From Phoronis australis (taxonomy: Eukaryota; Animalia; Phoronida): DNA of 64,000 nucleotides. The translations under genes were made by a program, and so were the position numbers. Position 1 is the first letter of the stretch, and each line of letters starts with the position of its first letter. The stretch spans positions 1 through 64,000 of the forward strand of contig NMRA01000812.1 of the NCBI GenBank assembly GCA_002633005.1. The letters are read 5' to 3'. A model generated the notes under the pieces. It did not search any database, had not been told where the DNA came from, and saw only the letters and a list, made by a program, of their open reading frames with translations. Of the stretch, positions 23,900-39,300 are shown piece by piece.

Positions 23900-26800
23900 C
23901 CGATAAATCACCGCTTATAGCTCATTTTAATATCACACCACTCCAAGACACATGGGCAGATACAGGAAACGAGTTTTGCGTCAGATGGGTATGTACATGT
24001 ATACATGTATGTTTCAGCAAACCAACAGCGAAAATATAACCCAATATGAGGAACTCGGTGGACTGTTGAATTTTGTAAAGAGTGAATTATCTGTTTATGT
24101 GTGTGAGGTTGCATCAGACTCAGAAAACATGAATTGGATAAAATTTGATGTTGGTTTAAATATGCCACCTCTGTATTTAGGGAATGTTTACATGTATATT
24201 TCCCCTCAAGGTTATCAGCACGTAAACGAACCACCCTCGACACAACTGAATCCCTGATTGCAATTTGAGTCCTGTCATCCGAATAGTGGTTTCATGCTGT
24301 GCGGCGATTTCAATGCGCAAACAGCCACACTAGACAAATTTGCCAACGATGAAACTGCTGTTCAATTTCTTGAAAACATTTTATATGATAAGGGATGGTG
24401 TACAGATACCACACAGAGTGTCTCAGGAAAGGAGTGTAATAATTATTGTCATGAGTTATTGTACCTTTGTAAAAGCCGTAAAATTAGAATTTTAAATGGA
24501 CACTGTGGTAGCGATAAAGAAAGCGGTAAAGTTACTTTGATGAATACAAATGGAAGTAGTGTAGTAGACAATGTCATGGTAAATGAGGAACTTCTGACTT
24601 CAGTCAGTCATTTTCAAGTTGGTGAGAAAATTGCGTGTCTCCGATCATTTTTCGTTAGCACTTGCTTTAAGCTGAGAAGTACATCATAACCTTCAAGTAA
24701 ATAACAATAGATGGGAAACTCATGACTTAGATAGAAAAATAAACAAAGCCATAATCTGGAAAGAAAAAAGTAAAAACAATGATTTTGAGTGCTCACAGTT
24801 CACTAAAGATAACGGACGCCTGGAAAATGTTGCACGAAATCTTCAAAATAACATTTGTTCTGTTAATGAGGCCTTGGATAAAATGTATAGTTTGGTTTTA
24901 AATTCTATTACAAGCTCTGGAATGATAAAATCTGAACCATCGAAACGTAGATCAAAACATTTAACATGGTTTGACAGGGAATGTCATAATCAAAAGTTTC
25001 TGGTACGTACATGTTGTTATTCAAGGAAATATAGAAGGCATGGTTCCGATTAAAATTTTGCCATGGCTGAATATAGAAACTAAGAAGCGATATAAAAAAA
25101 TGATCAAAACTAAGCAAAAATATTCCGAGAAAGACTAACCAAATCATTGTTAGACTCATCTACATGTACATGTACATGTATGAGCGAGAACAAAAAACAG
25201 TCTTGGAACTGAATATTATCCACAGACAGTGGTATGATAGTTTTAAAAATGTCTATACGTCTCAGATTGGAGATTCACATAGATCCATGCCTACGTGTAT
25301 GTGGAACAATTTAACCCGAATCTACATGTATGAGTCGGTGATACCTTACATAATACGGAGAACCAGTCAGTCTTTAATTGAATTTAACTGTAGATAAATG
25401 TACATGTATTAATGATGTGAAACTGGGTAAAGCGGCTGGAAATGATAGCATTTTTTGGAGTTTTTCAAGTTCACAACAACTACATTTTAAGAATAGCTCG
25501 TTTGTCGATCTGTACAATAAAAATTTTGATACAGGGAACTATCCGTCTTAATGGAATTCAGGTGGAATAAAGTCTGTGTTAAAATTTGAAGTTAGGAATG
25601 ACCCAGATAACTACAAAGATATCACACTGTTACAGGTGGCAGACAAAATTTTCGCCCGGCTGTTAGGTAACCGACTCCACCCACGGGCAGATGAAAACAA
25701 TACTCTGTGTGAGGCTCAAGGTGGCTTCAGGAAGGGATATTTCACAGTTAATAACATGTTTATTCTATATACACTAATTAACAACTAATTACTGAAACAC
25801 AGAGGCCTTTTCTTTTGTTTTTTATCGACTTCAAAAAAGCGAGAGCTAGGGCCTTAAGTACAAAATGTCAAGTTTTGGAATACATGGAAAATGCATTAAA
25901 TTCTAAACGACATGTATAAAATGTGAACTCATGCATTTTGCTGAATGGGGACGGTTACGTAACCGATTTCTTCCAGCGTAGGAAGGGAGTAAGACAAGGA
26001 TGTGGAAAGAGATTTACAAAATTAACAAGGCTCGTGTGTAACTATTGGTCTAGTTAATTTTTATTCAGTCTTGTCCGCCGATGACTTGGCTCTCGTTGCA
26101 GAAACCGTTGTTGCTATGCAAAGATTAATTACCTAACTGGAAGAATGTTGTATAAAATGGAAGTTTCATGTGAACATGATGTCAAAAACAAAGGGTACAG
26201 TCTTTTCATGAAGAGGAATATATAAGAAATTATTAAAAGTGGAAATTATTAGCAAACAGTGCCAACGATTTCAGAGTATTTAGGAATCAAAATTGACTTC
26301 CCATGGTGTGTTTTACAAAGGCGCAGCCGAAAACTTCAGCTGATAAAGCGGCAAAAGCTAGATTAAATACATTGACGTTCCTGAGCAAGTGTGGTTGTAA
26401 TTGCTCGATGTAAAAGTATGCTGTATGGTCCTGAGATTTGGGGATTTCATCCTGCACAAGACATTGGAATGGTACACAATAAATTTTGTAATTTCTTACT
26501 GCGACGTGGACAGTACATGTATGTTTCAACCGTAGCAGTGAAAGGAGAGCTTGGGAGAGTGACGATGAACAAACATTTATATTGAGAATTGTTGAATACT
26601 GGTTAAAGTTCAAGTGAAAATGCCAAATCACCGTTATGTTAGCGTGTGCTATAATATTCAACATGAAGTGGCTGAACAAAAGAAGTGTTGGTGGGCTCTA
26701 AACACCACTGCCTCATTTACTTGTATATGTGATGAAGTTCAGTAACGATACTGCAGTAGTGGAAAGGTGGAATCAAAAATGCACTTTCTTTTCGAATATA

Positions 26801-26960
26801 AATTATATTCTGATTTGCGCATACAGTTTTTACCTAGATTCGATAGGGTGGACGGAGCTGTATTCAGGGATTATTTACAGACCCACGATTTTTATAACTT
26901 GAGAAATTTGTTAAATATTTAATTAATGCTGAGAAATGTCGAAACGACAAGTTTTTTATG
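23900..26960 (+). mobile_element. Degenerate non-LTR retrotransposon (CR1/RTE-like ORF2: APE endonuclease + RT), pseudogenised
   Basis: Motifs spread over several frames: YISP, LCGDFNA, RILNG, SSVVDNV (APE); GKAAGND, NYKDITLL, QGGFRKG, FIDFKKA, GVRQGC, ADDLAL, YGPEIWG, VKGELG (RT and C-terminus). Many stops and frameshifts. Confidence 0.9.
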
Positions 26961-27069
26961 TAAATTACATGTAGTATTGGTGTAGATATCCTGTACTCTC
27001 TGTTTACTGTATACTTGTAATGTGGGCCGAAGTCCTGTTTACGTGAAATGCATTTTAATCTATCAATGT

Positions 27070-27311
27070 TCATTGTTCATCGCGTTCTCCTTTCTTCCTC
27101 ACGTCTACAATGGAATGGATTTCATCAAAGTGATAGTCATCCGGTTTGTCTGTTACAGCGTCCTCCAGCCACGTATAGAAAAGGTCAACTAAAGCCGTGC
27201 ATTCTTCACCAGAACGATGTTTGGACAAAGCGTCCATGAAAACCCAATTGGTCCAATAGCGTATGCTACCAAGGAACCACTTAGCTTGCCGGCGTCGGGC
27301 GTTAGCATCGT
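27070..27311 (-). CDS. SABATH gene last exon
   Basis: DDANARRRQAKWFLGSIRYWTNWVFMDALSKHRSGEECTALVDLFYTWLEDAVTDKPDDYHFDEIHSIVDVRKKGERDEQ*. Confidence 0.88.
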
Positions 27312-30300
27312 CTTAAATGAAAAATAAATGCTTTGATTATTGATTGTAACTGATTGAACATTGAAGTGCACACAGAGGTACTATAGGTAATAAAAAGTAT
27401 CACAGTCGTACCAGCAAGGAGCATCTAGTACCTGCATGTACAATGTAGTACAGAATATGACCAAAAGCCCGACGTCTAATAGAACGTGCCTTACCAGCTA
27501 TTGAAATAAGGGGTGTATATATACATGTAAAACACTGGTTATGACTTACATATTCTTCAGAAATTTTGTATTAAAGTCCGTACAACTATTTTCAATTCAT
27601 TCTTACTCATGTACAGTACGGTATCTGAAATATTGCTATTGTAAATGAAATTAGATAAATGAGTGGAGATAAGTGCTAATCTGTGTTGTTGTAAACATTA
27701 CATGGCAAACTTAAATTACTAACCAAGAAGGAATATTGGACAAATATTCTGAATAAAGATTGAACTCTCGGAAAGCCATCCCAACTGCCTGGCAGTCTTC
27801 AAAAACACGACAAAACTTAAACATGTTTTACATTCATTTCCAGCTGTTTTCGCTTTCCCAGTTAGATAGCTTATACCATAATACTAAGGTTGTTTGGCTA
27901 TAATTGCTTTTGATTACACTCAAAACTGTATCCGTTAGCTGCTAATGCAGTTGCATTGAGAAAATAAAACATTATTCATCTGATTTACATATACTGCGTG
28001 TTGCAAAATGGATCAGTAAGTAGACAGGAATCTGCCACGGTCTTGGGTAACACACCTGCCAAAGGGCGGTAGTCACGCTACCAATTAGACACTCCAAACT
28101 TTATAACGAAGTTGAGGAATTTTCCAAACCGCTGTCGGCAGAGAACTGTCGCGGAAAGTCGTTTTCAATATATGTTAATAGGCCAAAACCGGGTGTGCGT
28201 TCAGTAACGCTAGGACCTACTCTAGGACCTAGCTAAAATCTAGTTAAGGTCACGTGTTCTCATTTAAAATGCACAGCAACATCTCACATAATCTTGCTTT
28301 TTAGCAAGGTCCTAGCATTACTGAATGGGAGGTGGGTTTGGTATCCTTTTAAGGTATCTAGTCAGTGCTAAGAAAAGATAAGCAAGCTTTAAAATCCTTT
28401 TAAAAAATCGCAGTTTTATAAAGTGACATTACAGAGACTTGCAGATGGCTGGTAAAGTGAAGTGGATTAATATGGCATCACTCTTCTTTAGCTATGACGT
28501 ATCCGTCGTTTGCTTCAATTCAACATGCACAAGCGGCCGTAAACGCAAGGTTTGGTTTGCCTGTTTGGATACGGATTAGATGTTTGAAGGAAAGATGTAA
28601 GTCAAACGTCACTATTTTATCATTTGAAATGTTATCTTTCTGTGAAAGTGATGCCTTTTCTTTGGGAAACTTTAGTTTTTACAACGGAAATTCACTGACT
28701 GAATAAAACCCACCATCCGGAATCACCAAAAATGCAAGTCCCCAGCTTGCAAACTGATTACCTATGCCCTCACTATAACATGCCATTTATTTTAAGCAGC
28801 CTGCTTAATGAATTTATTTGAGTTTAGCCTATTATCGAGTATCTTTCATACGATTTTCTCTGTGCAAAATTGACCCAGCGATGTGAAGAAGTAAAAATGC
28901 ACACGTATTCATCAAACAGTTAACATATGCAAAGAAAAGACGCGCGCATTCAAGGAGATTATGCTAGGCACGAAATTACATGTCCTCTTCCCGAGAGCTT
29001 AATACTGTATTATCGCAGACTAATCATGATGATGACATACCGTGGTGGTACACCTAAACAGACGTATTAGATAATCGATGTCCTGTTACATACCGTCTGA
29101 AATCTCTTTAAATCTGAGAGAAAGGTAATTTTCTGAGATCAGCTGCTGCGAGTATTTGAACCTGCAACTTGCGTTCAAACTACTCTCTGCAGGCGGAGCT
29201 AAACTCTATTTCATAAATGGATGCGTAGAACAGGTAACGCACAGGTCTTAATTGCACCGAATGTACATGTATGGCTAGCAATGACTTGAATTGGTGATTT
29301 CTAATAAAATTGCAGAAACACAACGACTGTCGTTTTATAGCCTTGGTCAAAAGCAAGTAACTTCAAGCAGTCTATCCCATCCAATTCAAAAACTGCGTTT
29401 ATGGCACGAAACCGGTAATATCCCTTCATAGTCTTGACATTATGCTGTAAGCCCTCGAGAAAATGCATCACGACACAAAACTGCCCGAGTGGGTTACACT
29501 AGCCTACCTCCGTCTCCGTCCCGCATCCACTTCTCGTGGTAAGGGCATCGTACCAAGACACATTGAATGGACACCAATTCCAGCCCAGCCTTTGATACCT
29601 CAGAATCTGGATTTCGGAAGGGGGCACGGAATTCTTCTTCAGTGCGATAATACTGCTTGAAATTGGTGTCGTCGAATTCCTCCTAAAGTACAAAAGGCTT
29701 AGCAGGGGTCAAATGTTGATGTGATGTTATGAAAATAAGAGATGATTTGTATATGTTTAATAGGTAAATCACCAACTGAAAATCATTGAGAGTCTGGTGA
29801 GTCTGACGTTACCTGATTCTAGAATTAGGTCGTATAACGCTGGGAGCTGTAACCCTCAATCCCCGTTCAAATTGGTGTGTTCGGTTTTAATGTAGACGGC
29901 TTCCTTGAACTTTCTTCTATGTACATTAAAACTAGACGCCCAAATTGGAACAGGGATCAAGGTTACAGCTCCCATCGACGTAAGACCTAACTCTAGAACC
30001 AGGTCAACCTGACACTGGAAATCCAATCAGTGAACAAGATCCTTAGAGAGTGGGCAGAAAACAGTATATGGGAAGCGAGATCTGCCTTCAAAGGCACAGA
30101 CAGATACATGATCGAAGATCTCCCAGGGAGATGGTGGCTAGATAAAAATGTCCCGCAAAAGTACATGTAAATGAAAGCGTCGAAGAATTGTCGTTATTTA
30201 ACGACTACCAATTATACCTGCGTGATTTTACCATCACTCAGCATCCTTTTCCACAGAGAAGTCATCAGTTGAAACATGCTTCCTTTCGCGTTCCTCGATT

Positions 30301-33300
30301 TCCCCATGTATTGTCCATCGTCGTCAGTCATGCCGGCGCCGATGATGAAATGTCCACCTAAAGGAGTCTTGTATATTATCAAACACTCAGGCGAGACCTT
30401 AAAAGCAATTCCATATAAAAAACAGATAGTAGGCTATATATGCAAAATCCCCAATTTTGAAACTTAGCACATCAGCTGGACTTGTCAAAAGAAACCTGAT
30501 CCTGATTTTTTAAGAGTTTCCGAGTTTTTTTAACCCTTTTTACGACCACTTTGTACTTTTTCTGAAAAATAGCAAATAAAAGTACTGGGAAGTAGGTAAC
30601 TTTTTGTCAGCAACAACACATCATCGCTTCACGCTATTGAAAAGATACTATATAGCAGAAAGAAGAAAGAATAACATACGAGAAAAATTAGTTCGGATGG
30701 ATTTATTGATTTTTGATGTCCTCCCATTTTAGCCTAAAAAATGTCATTTTCACTGCTTATTATTAAGGCCATTCTTACGCATAATTAGCGCTCTCCCAAA
30801 TCTATATCGGACTCTTTTGGAATATGAGTAAACTTCCATCTGTTACTGCTTTCTTTGCTCAGCCCAACGCAAGAATAAACAATCTTGTCTCTTTCATAGT
30901 TTTTGTGCAGTCAGTTTTTTTACCTAACTCACTTACATACTTTTCTGCCAATCTGTGACTGTCAGTTAGACTAAAAGACTCTAGGAGGCGCTACTCGAGT
31001 GTGCAATTATCTATCGACCAAGATGCCAAATAGAACAAATATCAGTCGTTTTGCTACATCAGTGACGAAGAAGATCATGGGAAGCTATATGAGTGATTTT
31101 TTCTTCGCGGATTTTCAGTTTTGCTGGTGCAAAAATAAAAATCTATTATAGGATTAGAGAACTCAAAAAAGTCAATTTTAATGTACTGGTGAGTTATTAA
31201 TGCAACCCCTTTCACCATCTCATACTTCGGAGAAGCAGGTTTTATTCTTATTAAGGGTGCCCATTCCCCCTTGCTTGGTCAGTTTTTGAACACCGTAATG
31301 GACTAAGAATGCCACGCACTGCCTGCAGTGCATGCTGGTCCAATTTCAGACCTCCTTGACAAGTCCCTGTACATGTATATGCGCCTGAAAAAGTCCTCTC
31401 AAACTGTTAGCAAAGTTCATACTAAAACTAATCAAGATCTTCGAGATCACAAGTGAAAAGAGGACGGTGGATACGAGCAGAAGTGTCGTGTTATTGGACA
31501 TACAAAGGGTCAAGCAATGCTTCTTGGACTGTACAAATGCGGCCGAGCATGGTGACAGTACGCCAATGGAATTTGCAATTTCAGAAAAATAACAGGTACG
31601 GATATTTAGGATTGAAAACATAATACTTTCAGTGATATCCAAGTTACCGGCTTTCCAAACCAGTATTTAAACATTTGGGTGTTGTTGCGACTTACCAGCT
31701 AAAAGTTTCACAATATGTAAATTCCGTTCATGCGGCGGACTCAAAACCACAGTTTTTTGAAGGTAGGCTAGGTTTAGTGTATGATGCATTTCTACACAAT
31801 ACTTCACAAAACCGCAAAATACGTCGAATCCATCCCAAAACGGGAACATGTCACTCTTTTTTTAATCGAAAGCTATTAAGCAAATCACATAAAAATCCGT
31901 TAAAAAACTTAGAAGTAAACGAGGAAAACAAAAAAATGAAATTGCCACAAGGGTGCACAGATTCATTGGAAAGTCATCGTCGTCCGTTGTTAACTTCACA
32001 TCAATACACTTACTAAAATTTATCAAGATCCTGCAGTGGGTTTAAGAGATAAAGCTATGGGCGCAAAAAACAAAACTACCACTAGGAGGTGCCACAGTAG
32101 TCGATGTCGTTGGAAAATCATCATTAACCGTCCTCTTCACACTAAGAACATGTATGCTAATTTTCAAAATTATGCTTAGAGTGGTTTGGTTGACAGAGGT
32201 GCGGACGCCAAAAACAGACTAGGGAACAATAAAAATGGCCCTTAGATGGCGTAAAATATGTCAAATCATCCAAAAACGCCGTTTCTGTAATAGAAAGCTG
32301 TTTGCCAAATTTCATAAATTTCTATCAAGGAACAGGGGAAAATGGAAAAATTGAAATTGCCACTAGGGGGCACAGCGTTTGTTAGATCCGTCTGAAAGTC
32401 GTCTTCGTCCGCTGACAACTTCATATATATACACTAACTAAATTTAATATAGATCCTGCAATAGAGAAGTTCATGTTAACTCAACCTTTCGTCTTACTCA
32501 ACAAGACATCATCAGGATATGTACAGTAGGACAACAAGTGTCGATATTCTTTCAAGTCGCATCCATGTGGTGCAATGAGAGTGAGAGATACAGAGATAGT
32601 AAGCGGGTCATTACCATAGTTGCAGGGTCACTGAGCTCTGCATGTTATTGAGAGAACCAGTAGCATGCTGATCCTGAATGGCCAATGACTCCTTGATATA
32701 CAGTAATTCATTAGCATGTTTCTCACAAATACTACTGACTGAATTGGCTTGATGTTTGTTGCTAATACAATGCCTATAAATGTTACATTTGTCGGATGTG
32801 TTGTGTTCGTTCAGCGTGTCACAGAGGCGTCTCTGGGTGAGTCCAATATAGAATTCCTTACATTTGTCACATTCAACCACATACACAACATTGCTTCTAT
32901 TTAATAAAGGGATGGGTGATTTCAGTTTACAAAGCATATTGGAAAGTTTGCCAAGAGGTTTGGAAACAACTACTAGCTGAACGGCTGGGTATATGCAATT
33001 TATAAGGCGAGATAACTGACGTTTCAATTTTAAACTACTTGGTCCAGTGTAGCCAAGAGAAAAAACGTTCTTTTTCTCAGGTCCACTAACAGCTACATTA
33101 GCCGCCTCAGTCATTTTAGAAATGAAGTGTCTTTTGCAATTATTCAAAAATTTAAGAGGGTAACCATTGGCACGCAGTAACTGGAAAATCCTAGCTACGT
33201 CACTATCAAAAATTTAATTGGGAGAACAAATTCAGCATGCTACTGATTCTCTCAATGACAGGCAGAGCTCAGTGACCCTGCAACTATGGTAATGACCCGC

Positions 33301-36300
33301 TTACTATCTCTGTATCTCTCACTCTCATTTCACCACATGGATGTGACTTGAAAGAATATCGACACTTGTTGTCCTACTGTACATATCCTGATGATGTCTT
33401 GTTGAATAAGACGAAACGTTGAGTTAACATGAACTTCTTTATTTGCGCGACAATTGTCTGTTTTCTAATCGTACTTTCAGGAAAGGTCTGTTCCACTATT
33501 TAGTCATTCATGACATTTTCGTACATTTTTTATCAAAATATAATCAATAAAAATAAACCTCCAAATCGGAAGTGTGACTTTGTGAGCCAGTCGCATAATG
33601 CAAACACTTTACGTCAAAAGTTACCTGGGTAGAGTTGAGTATCAGTCTACCGGGTAGAAAATCTAGCCAAAATTACGTGTTGTCATTTGAAACACACCGC
33701 AATATCTCGTGTAATCTCGCGAAGTCTTGCGTGACTAGCGAGGTCCTAGCGTTATTGAAATCTACCGTCTCTAGCATGACTACCCCAGGCAAATGTTAAC
33801 TTGTTACGTATGTGCCGAGGTTGAATCGGCGAGCGCCACTCAGCCGCCATTGAGAATAGCCATTAGAGAGAAATAAGTAGGACCGGCTGACGGCACAACA
33901 TACCCAGTGCAGCACACTACCCGCTTGAGAAATTGCTGCTTGAGAGCTATGTAGGACCCTAGAACAGTGTTCGAATTTGGCTAACTTTGGAAAACCGTCT
34001 CAAAAATGCCTGATCGGATTCGCATGAAACTTTCAAATTACACTATGGTTTGTGCACCCTTCCCCAAATGCTGCACTGTTGCAAGAGGGGGTGATTTTCA
34101 TGAAATACAGTAATGTTGCATAAAACGAGAAAGAAACACCAGTTTAGAAAAGTGTCATCTTAAACATTTATGACAAATGAATTTTGATCATGTTATTGAT
34201 TTCGTTTTTTGCTATCAAGGCACATTTCTATTCTGTCAAATTTTACGAAAAAACACGGTCACGTGATCCAATTAATGACAGACAGGAAAAAATCAACTTT
34301 TATCAGGTTGCCTAATTAAGCAGACTCGTCAAAAAAATTTCACATAATCTTAAGCAATTTTTCATAGAAATTGGCTGTAAGGTTCGCAACATCTTTTAAG
34401 AAGAGTAAAATGTGCCAAACTGACTACAACAGACATTCATTCAAAAACACGAAGTTCCCTTAAGGTCCCTGTCTTTTCTATCCGCTGTAAATAAAACGTA
34501 GTCTCTTTGCACCCATATTCGTATACCTAATCCTTTTCATTTACGCCACAGCAACATTTAACCAAACAATGGGCAGGATCTTAAAAGATAGTTTTGTTGA
34601 TTTCTAATCCGTATCACTCCCGTCGCTTTTTAATATGGTTTAACATAATTGAAGTTTCCCTAATGACGACGAAGGCAGATCTAGGAAGGTAAGGGGACAA
34701 CACCCCTTTCCAGACGTAACCAAACACACCAAAGAGCATTGTAACATACCTGGTGCCAACTCTTTCGCTCGTGCCAGCAGCAGCTTTTCCCATTCGTCGG
34801 CTGCCTGTCTTCGAAATAGTCCTATCTCATCGGGCGCTGTCAGTTCAGAGCTGTGGATAGCTCCGGATATGTTGCATGGACTGTCAAGAAAAATGGAGAA
34901 TTGGTGATAGAAGCAGATTGTCTAACTTTGAAGGCAATAGAAACTCGGCCTCTTTCAAACAATTGTACTTCGTCAATAGATTTGTACAATTACGGCGGTC
35001 TTAAAGAAGACTGTTTATCAGTACATCTGATCTACGATGCAATTGTGGTGTGCATTAGAGCAATTGACGCATTCACAATGGTATCATGGCATTTAACATA
35101 TCCGGTGTGATATATCGTGTAATAAAACTTGTATTATTTTCGAGCTGGTTAGTTTCCGAAATTAAATTCCTGGAAATTTCAATCTAAGACCATTATCCGC
35201 CAAAGACGTACGATAAAAATTAGGCAAAACATATGTGTTAGATACCGGTAAACAGGTAAAACCTCATGAGTGATTTTAGAAACTCTTTGAACGGTGGTAA
35301 ATAATCGGCCGGTGAGTAGTGATCCTGATAAAAGACCACGGAAATGCTTACAGTGGACTAGATTAATATCTACACGTAGACTAAACTCAATTTAGACACC
35401 GCTGTAGACTGGAATTGAAACTACGGGAGATTTAATTTTTATTGCTGAACTGTATAAAGAAAGATAGCAAAATGGTAACTGTATCTTGTGAGAGTCGCTT
35501 TTCTACGCAACATACTTACATCGTCTGCAGGTAATGCATGGCGTTGGTTGAAAATCCCACCAACAGTGTTTCGTGGGGTACGCACACCTCATAGAAAGAT
35601 TTGGTGACGATCACGACGAACACATTGGGGAATGTATTCAGATTGTCTGGGTCCACTTGTGGTAGTAAACCTGAAGAAAATCGTCATGATATGCACGATG
35701 CACATTGTTGGCAGGTGTGTCTTATCTTGAAGGAAAACTGTCCAGGAAAGAAATTAATATATCCGTGAACATTGGTAACCGGAATTCTTTTAGACATATA
35801 TGTCGTATTCGTACTATTTCAAGTTGAAATCCGACAAGACTTTCTATAGCGTGTAATACCTAAGTCCTTTACTGGTGTTTGAGTCTGATTTGGCTTCGCA
35901 CGCAAAATGATAAGTACACTTGATTTACCTCGCCGGATCCGCTTGGTCAACCGGCTAAGACATCTGGCGTGCCTTCAGTGGCGCTAAGACCCACCCTAGG
36001 ATCTAGCTAAATCTTGCCAAAATCACGTGTTTTAATTTAAAATACACGACACTATCCCACGTAATCTCGTGAGGTCTTGCTTTCTAGCGATGTCTTAGCG
36101 CTACTGAACGGGAGGCTGATTAGTTTATAAGCCGGAAGTCGTCATCGAGCACCAATCAGGGCCTGGTCTCCAATCTCCGTACTCAGACTCGAATCAAACT
36201 CACACTTCATACTCAACTCGAGTACAGACTCAGCTTTGGTGTATTCAATGTCATACTTGAAAAATCTGTACTCGAAATTTCGAGCACGAACTCAGTTTTC

Positions 36301-39300
36301 GAGTGTACTCGAACTGAAGTGTATCTCATCTATATTTCGAGTACGATTTTGAGTAAAAATTCGGAGATAGTATGCTCAAATTTCAAGTTTGGTATGGCAG
36401 TGTGCTTGAAATCGTACTCGAAAATAAATACGAGCCAGAGAACAAAATATCGAAAGGGAACCAAGAAACACAGCAAATCTAAAAAATATGTCCTCTTACC
36501 GTATCTCAGCACTTCAATTTCAGTTCAGAGATAATAGTTTTCATGTTAAATCTTCTTATTCTTCACCTTATTAAACCGCCGTATCACTGTATGTTATGGC
36601 TGCCATTCTATCTCTACAATTCCTGGCAACAGGTGCATTGTAATCCCTTGTCGGCGAGTCATAACAAGCGTCGAAAGCAGTTGTGGGAAAAGTGGTGTGA
36701 GAAGTTTATGCTACCCTTATTTCGGTATGTGTGCCTACGTTTTGTAGGGTTTCCAAAAGACTCGAGGAGGGGGTGGAAGTTAAAAACAGTTCGCTTCCAT
36801 GTCAGGTACATTTCTCATCATAACTTAGTCATCTATAATTTCTCAATCCCCAAATGGAATTCCAGATTTTGTTTGCCGATTTCTAAGTAGACGTCTCTTC
36901 CCGTTCACTGCCACTGGTGAACTCTGAATGCTTGCACAAGTATTGTTTTTTGACTCATGTGCCAAATGTGAACTCACTTGATACATCCCGGTAAAATACA
37001 AAGATACAGTATCAAAGTTTGACCTCAGCGTAGGCCTACACAGCAATGGGTTTTATGTCAAGACTAAATTAGCAACAGAGATGTGATGTGATAAGCTGTT
37101 ACAAATTTCTTAAGACATTTTCGGGACTGGGTGAGGAACTCCAGAAGTAAAGCTTAATAATTGCCAAATGTATCAAAGAAATGGCATATATTTATTGAAA
37201 CTAAAAAATGAATAACAGTTACAGAACACTCAGAATTTCACGTTATAGACACACTCTTGTGGTTGTAGCGATAGCAGACGATAATGTACATGTAGGCCTA
37301 GTTCCTGGGGTGGTCTATTCCAATAGGGAGCGATGAATCAGCGCGGCTTTGCGTGATCTTGCAGTTCACATCATAAAGAGTTCCATAGCAACTGGAGTAT
37401 GAGTGTCAGATTTGAGTACGTTTGGCATTACCAGCAATATTGAAACCGTGAACTGCGCATGCGCGAAAATCACTCAGCCCCCTTCGGGATACATGAGATT
37501 CGCAGAAAATACAGCGTGAGGGTCTTATTTATGAATCAATCACATTTGCCGATAGCACATAAAATAGATAAGTATTTTGTTAAAAACGTGGCCAAGTTTC
37601 AGCAAAATTGGAAAAAAAATATGTTTAACATGGTATGGCCAAAGTTTTGGCTTATTTTGTCGCTTCAATCAGTGGAATCGCCGCTAAAAACCCGAAAGTG
37701 CATGTGAGAAAACGATAATTTTCGACCAAGCCTTTCATGTGCGGTTAGTTGCCGATAGACCCAACAGATGTCAGTATAATCAAGATTGAAATGTAGGAGT
37801 TTGAAGAAAATTAGACAAAATTTTGTATTTAACATGGGGTGGCCGAAAATTGCCAATTTTGGCCTTTTGATATCAGTTTATCATCATAGACTATCATTAG
37901 TGGGTCTAGTTAATTCGTCGGAAGTTTTTGGTTAAATCACTGATAATATTCACACCAGTATACTAATAAACGTTTTCTCTATATATATCAGTTTGATACC
38001 AATGCTCTAAGCAGTGCGTACAACAAGGATTGGCCCTTAATTGACCGGCCCAGCCCATAGTATGGGAGCTACTAAAAATTCAGCTCGAAACCAACCATGT
38101 GCGGAAAACTCACCTGAAGTGTTTACGATCCACTTCAGAGAAAAAAAACCTCGTTGTACCTAACAATAATTTGTTTCCGAGTACTTCGGGCATGGTTTAA
38201 AATTGAAAGGGGTAATTACAAGTTGAATTTATGAGAATTGTGTTGTTGCATTGCGAACTGTAAACTAGTCGATTGAGGTAGTGTGAGATAAGGCAACGAG
38301 TAAGGACAGCTTTGGTTTGCTTACGAGTGGTGACTCATGATATTGGCCAGACATCTGTAATAATATGTTTTGTCTTTCATTTTTAACAGAATATATTTGA
38401 ACTTTGGTAATTTTGGGCTACAAAATGTAGAACAACCTTCCTGGTGCTTCTCTCCAGTAGACACGCGGAGAGTGAAGCGCTAACTGGTCCATACGCCGCG
38501 CGATGACCTAGTTTATGCAGAGAACCTGGCGGATGTCCTAGTTTACGAATTGCTGGTAATGAGTCTACTCGAAATACGACATTAGATACGCTTTTTTGAG
38601 TACGACTCCAGTGAGCACGATTTTGAGTATGATATCTCGAGTATGAGTATGAGTCTGAGTACGGAGATTGGAGACCCCGGCCGGGCCCAGATGTCTTAGC
38701 CGGTTGACCCGACGGAACCGGCGAAGTCTATCAAGTGCAGTCATAGACAAACCCAAAGCAAGACAAGAAGTCCAAAGTGTTTTTTCCAGATATAATTTGA
38801 TTGATTCGTGGCGTCTTGCTCATCCAAATGTAAAACAACTTACTTAGAACAGAAAGGATCCAGTTAAAAAGACACGATTGGATTTTTGTTCTTGTTTCAA
38901 AACAGTTGTTTGTTGGAATCATGCAGAGTTGATCTTGGATACAGGGCTGACCATTTCAGTATAAGCATTTCTTTTCGTATTACAGACTTCTCCAAATGTC
39001 AGGGGCCTTGGCGATTTAACAATTCTCTTCCCAATGACAGTAATTATGTTAACTTAGTTACCATTATTGTACGTGAAGTTTGGAGCGAGTACACAAGATT
39101 TCCCTACAAAGAGAATCTATATCGAAAATTTACAATTGATTTTTGAAAGCCTCTTAATAAAAAAGAGATCAAACTATTCATGTTGTAAAAGAAAAATTTA
39201 CTGAAGGTAGGATTTTTATCAAGAATTTAGGGGACAAAAGACCCTTATTGTTTACTTCCTCACAACAAGACCATCCATTGCTAGTGTAGATACACTTTAA

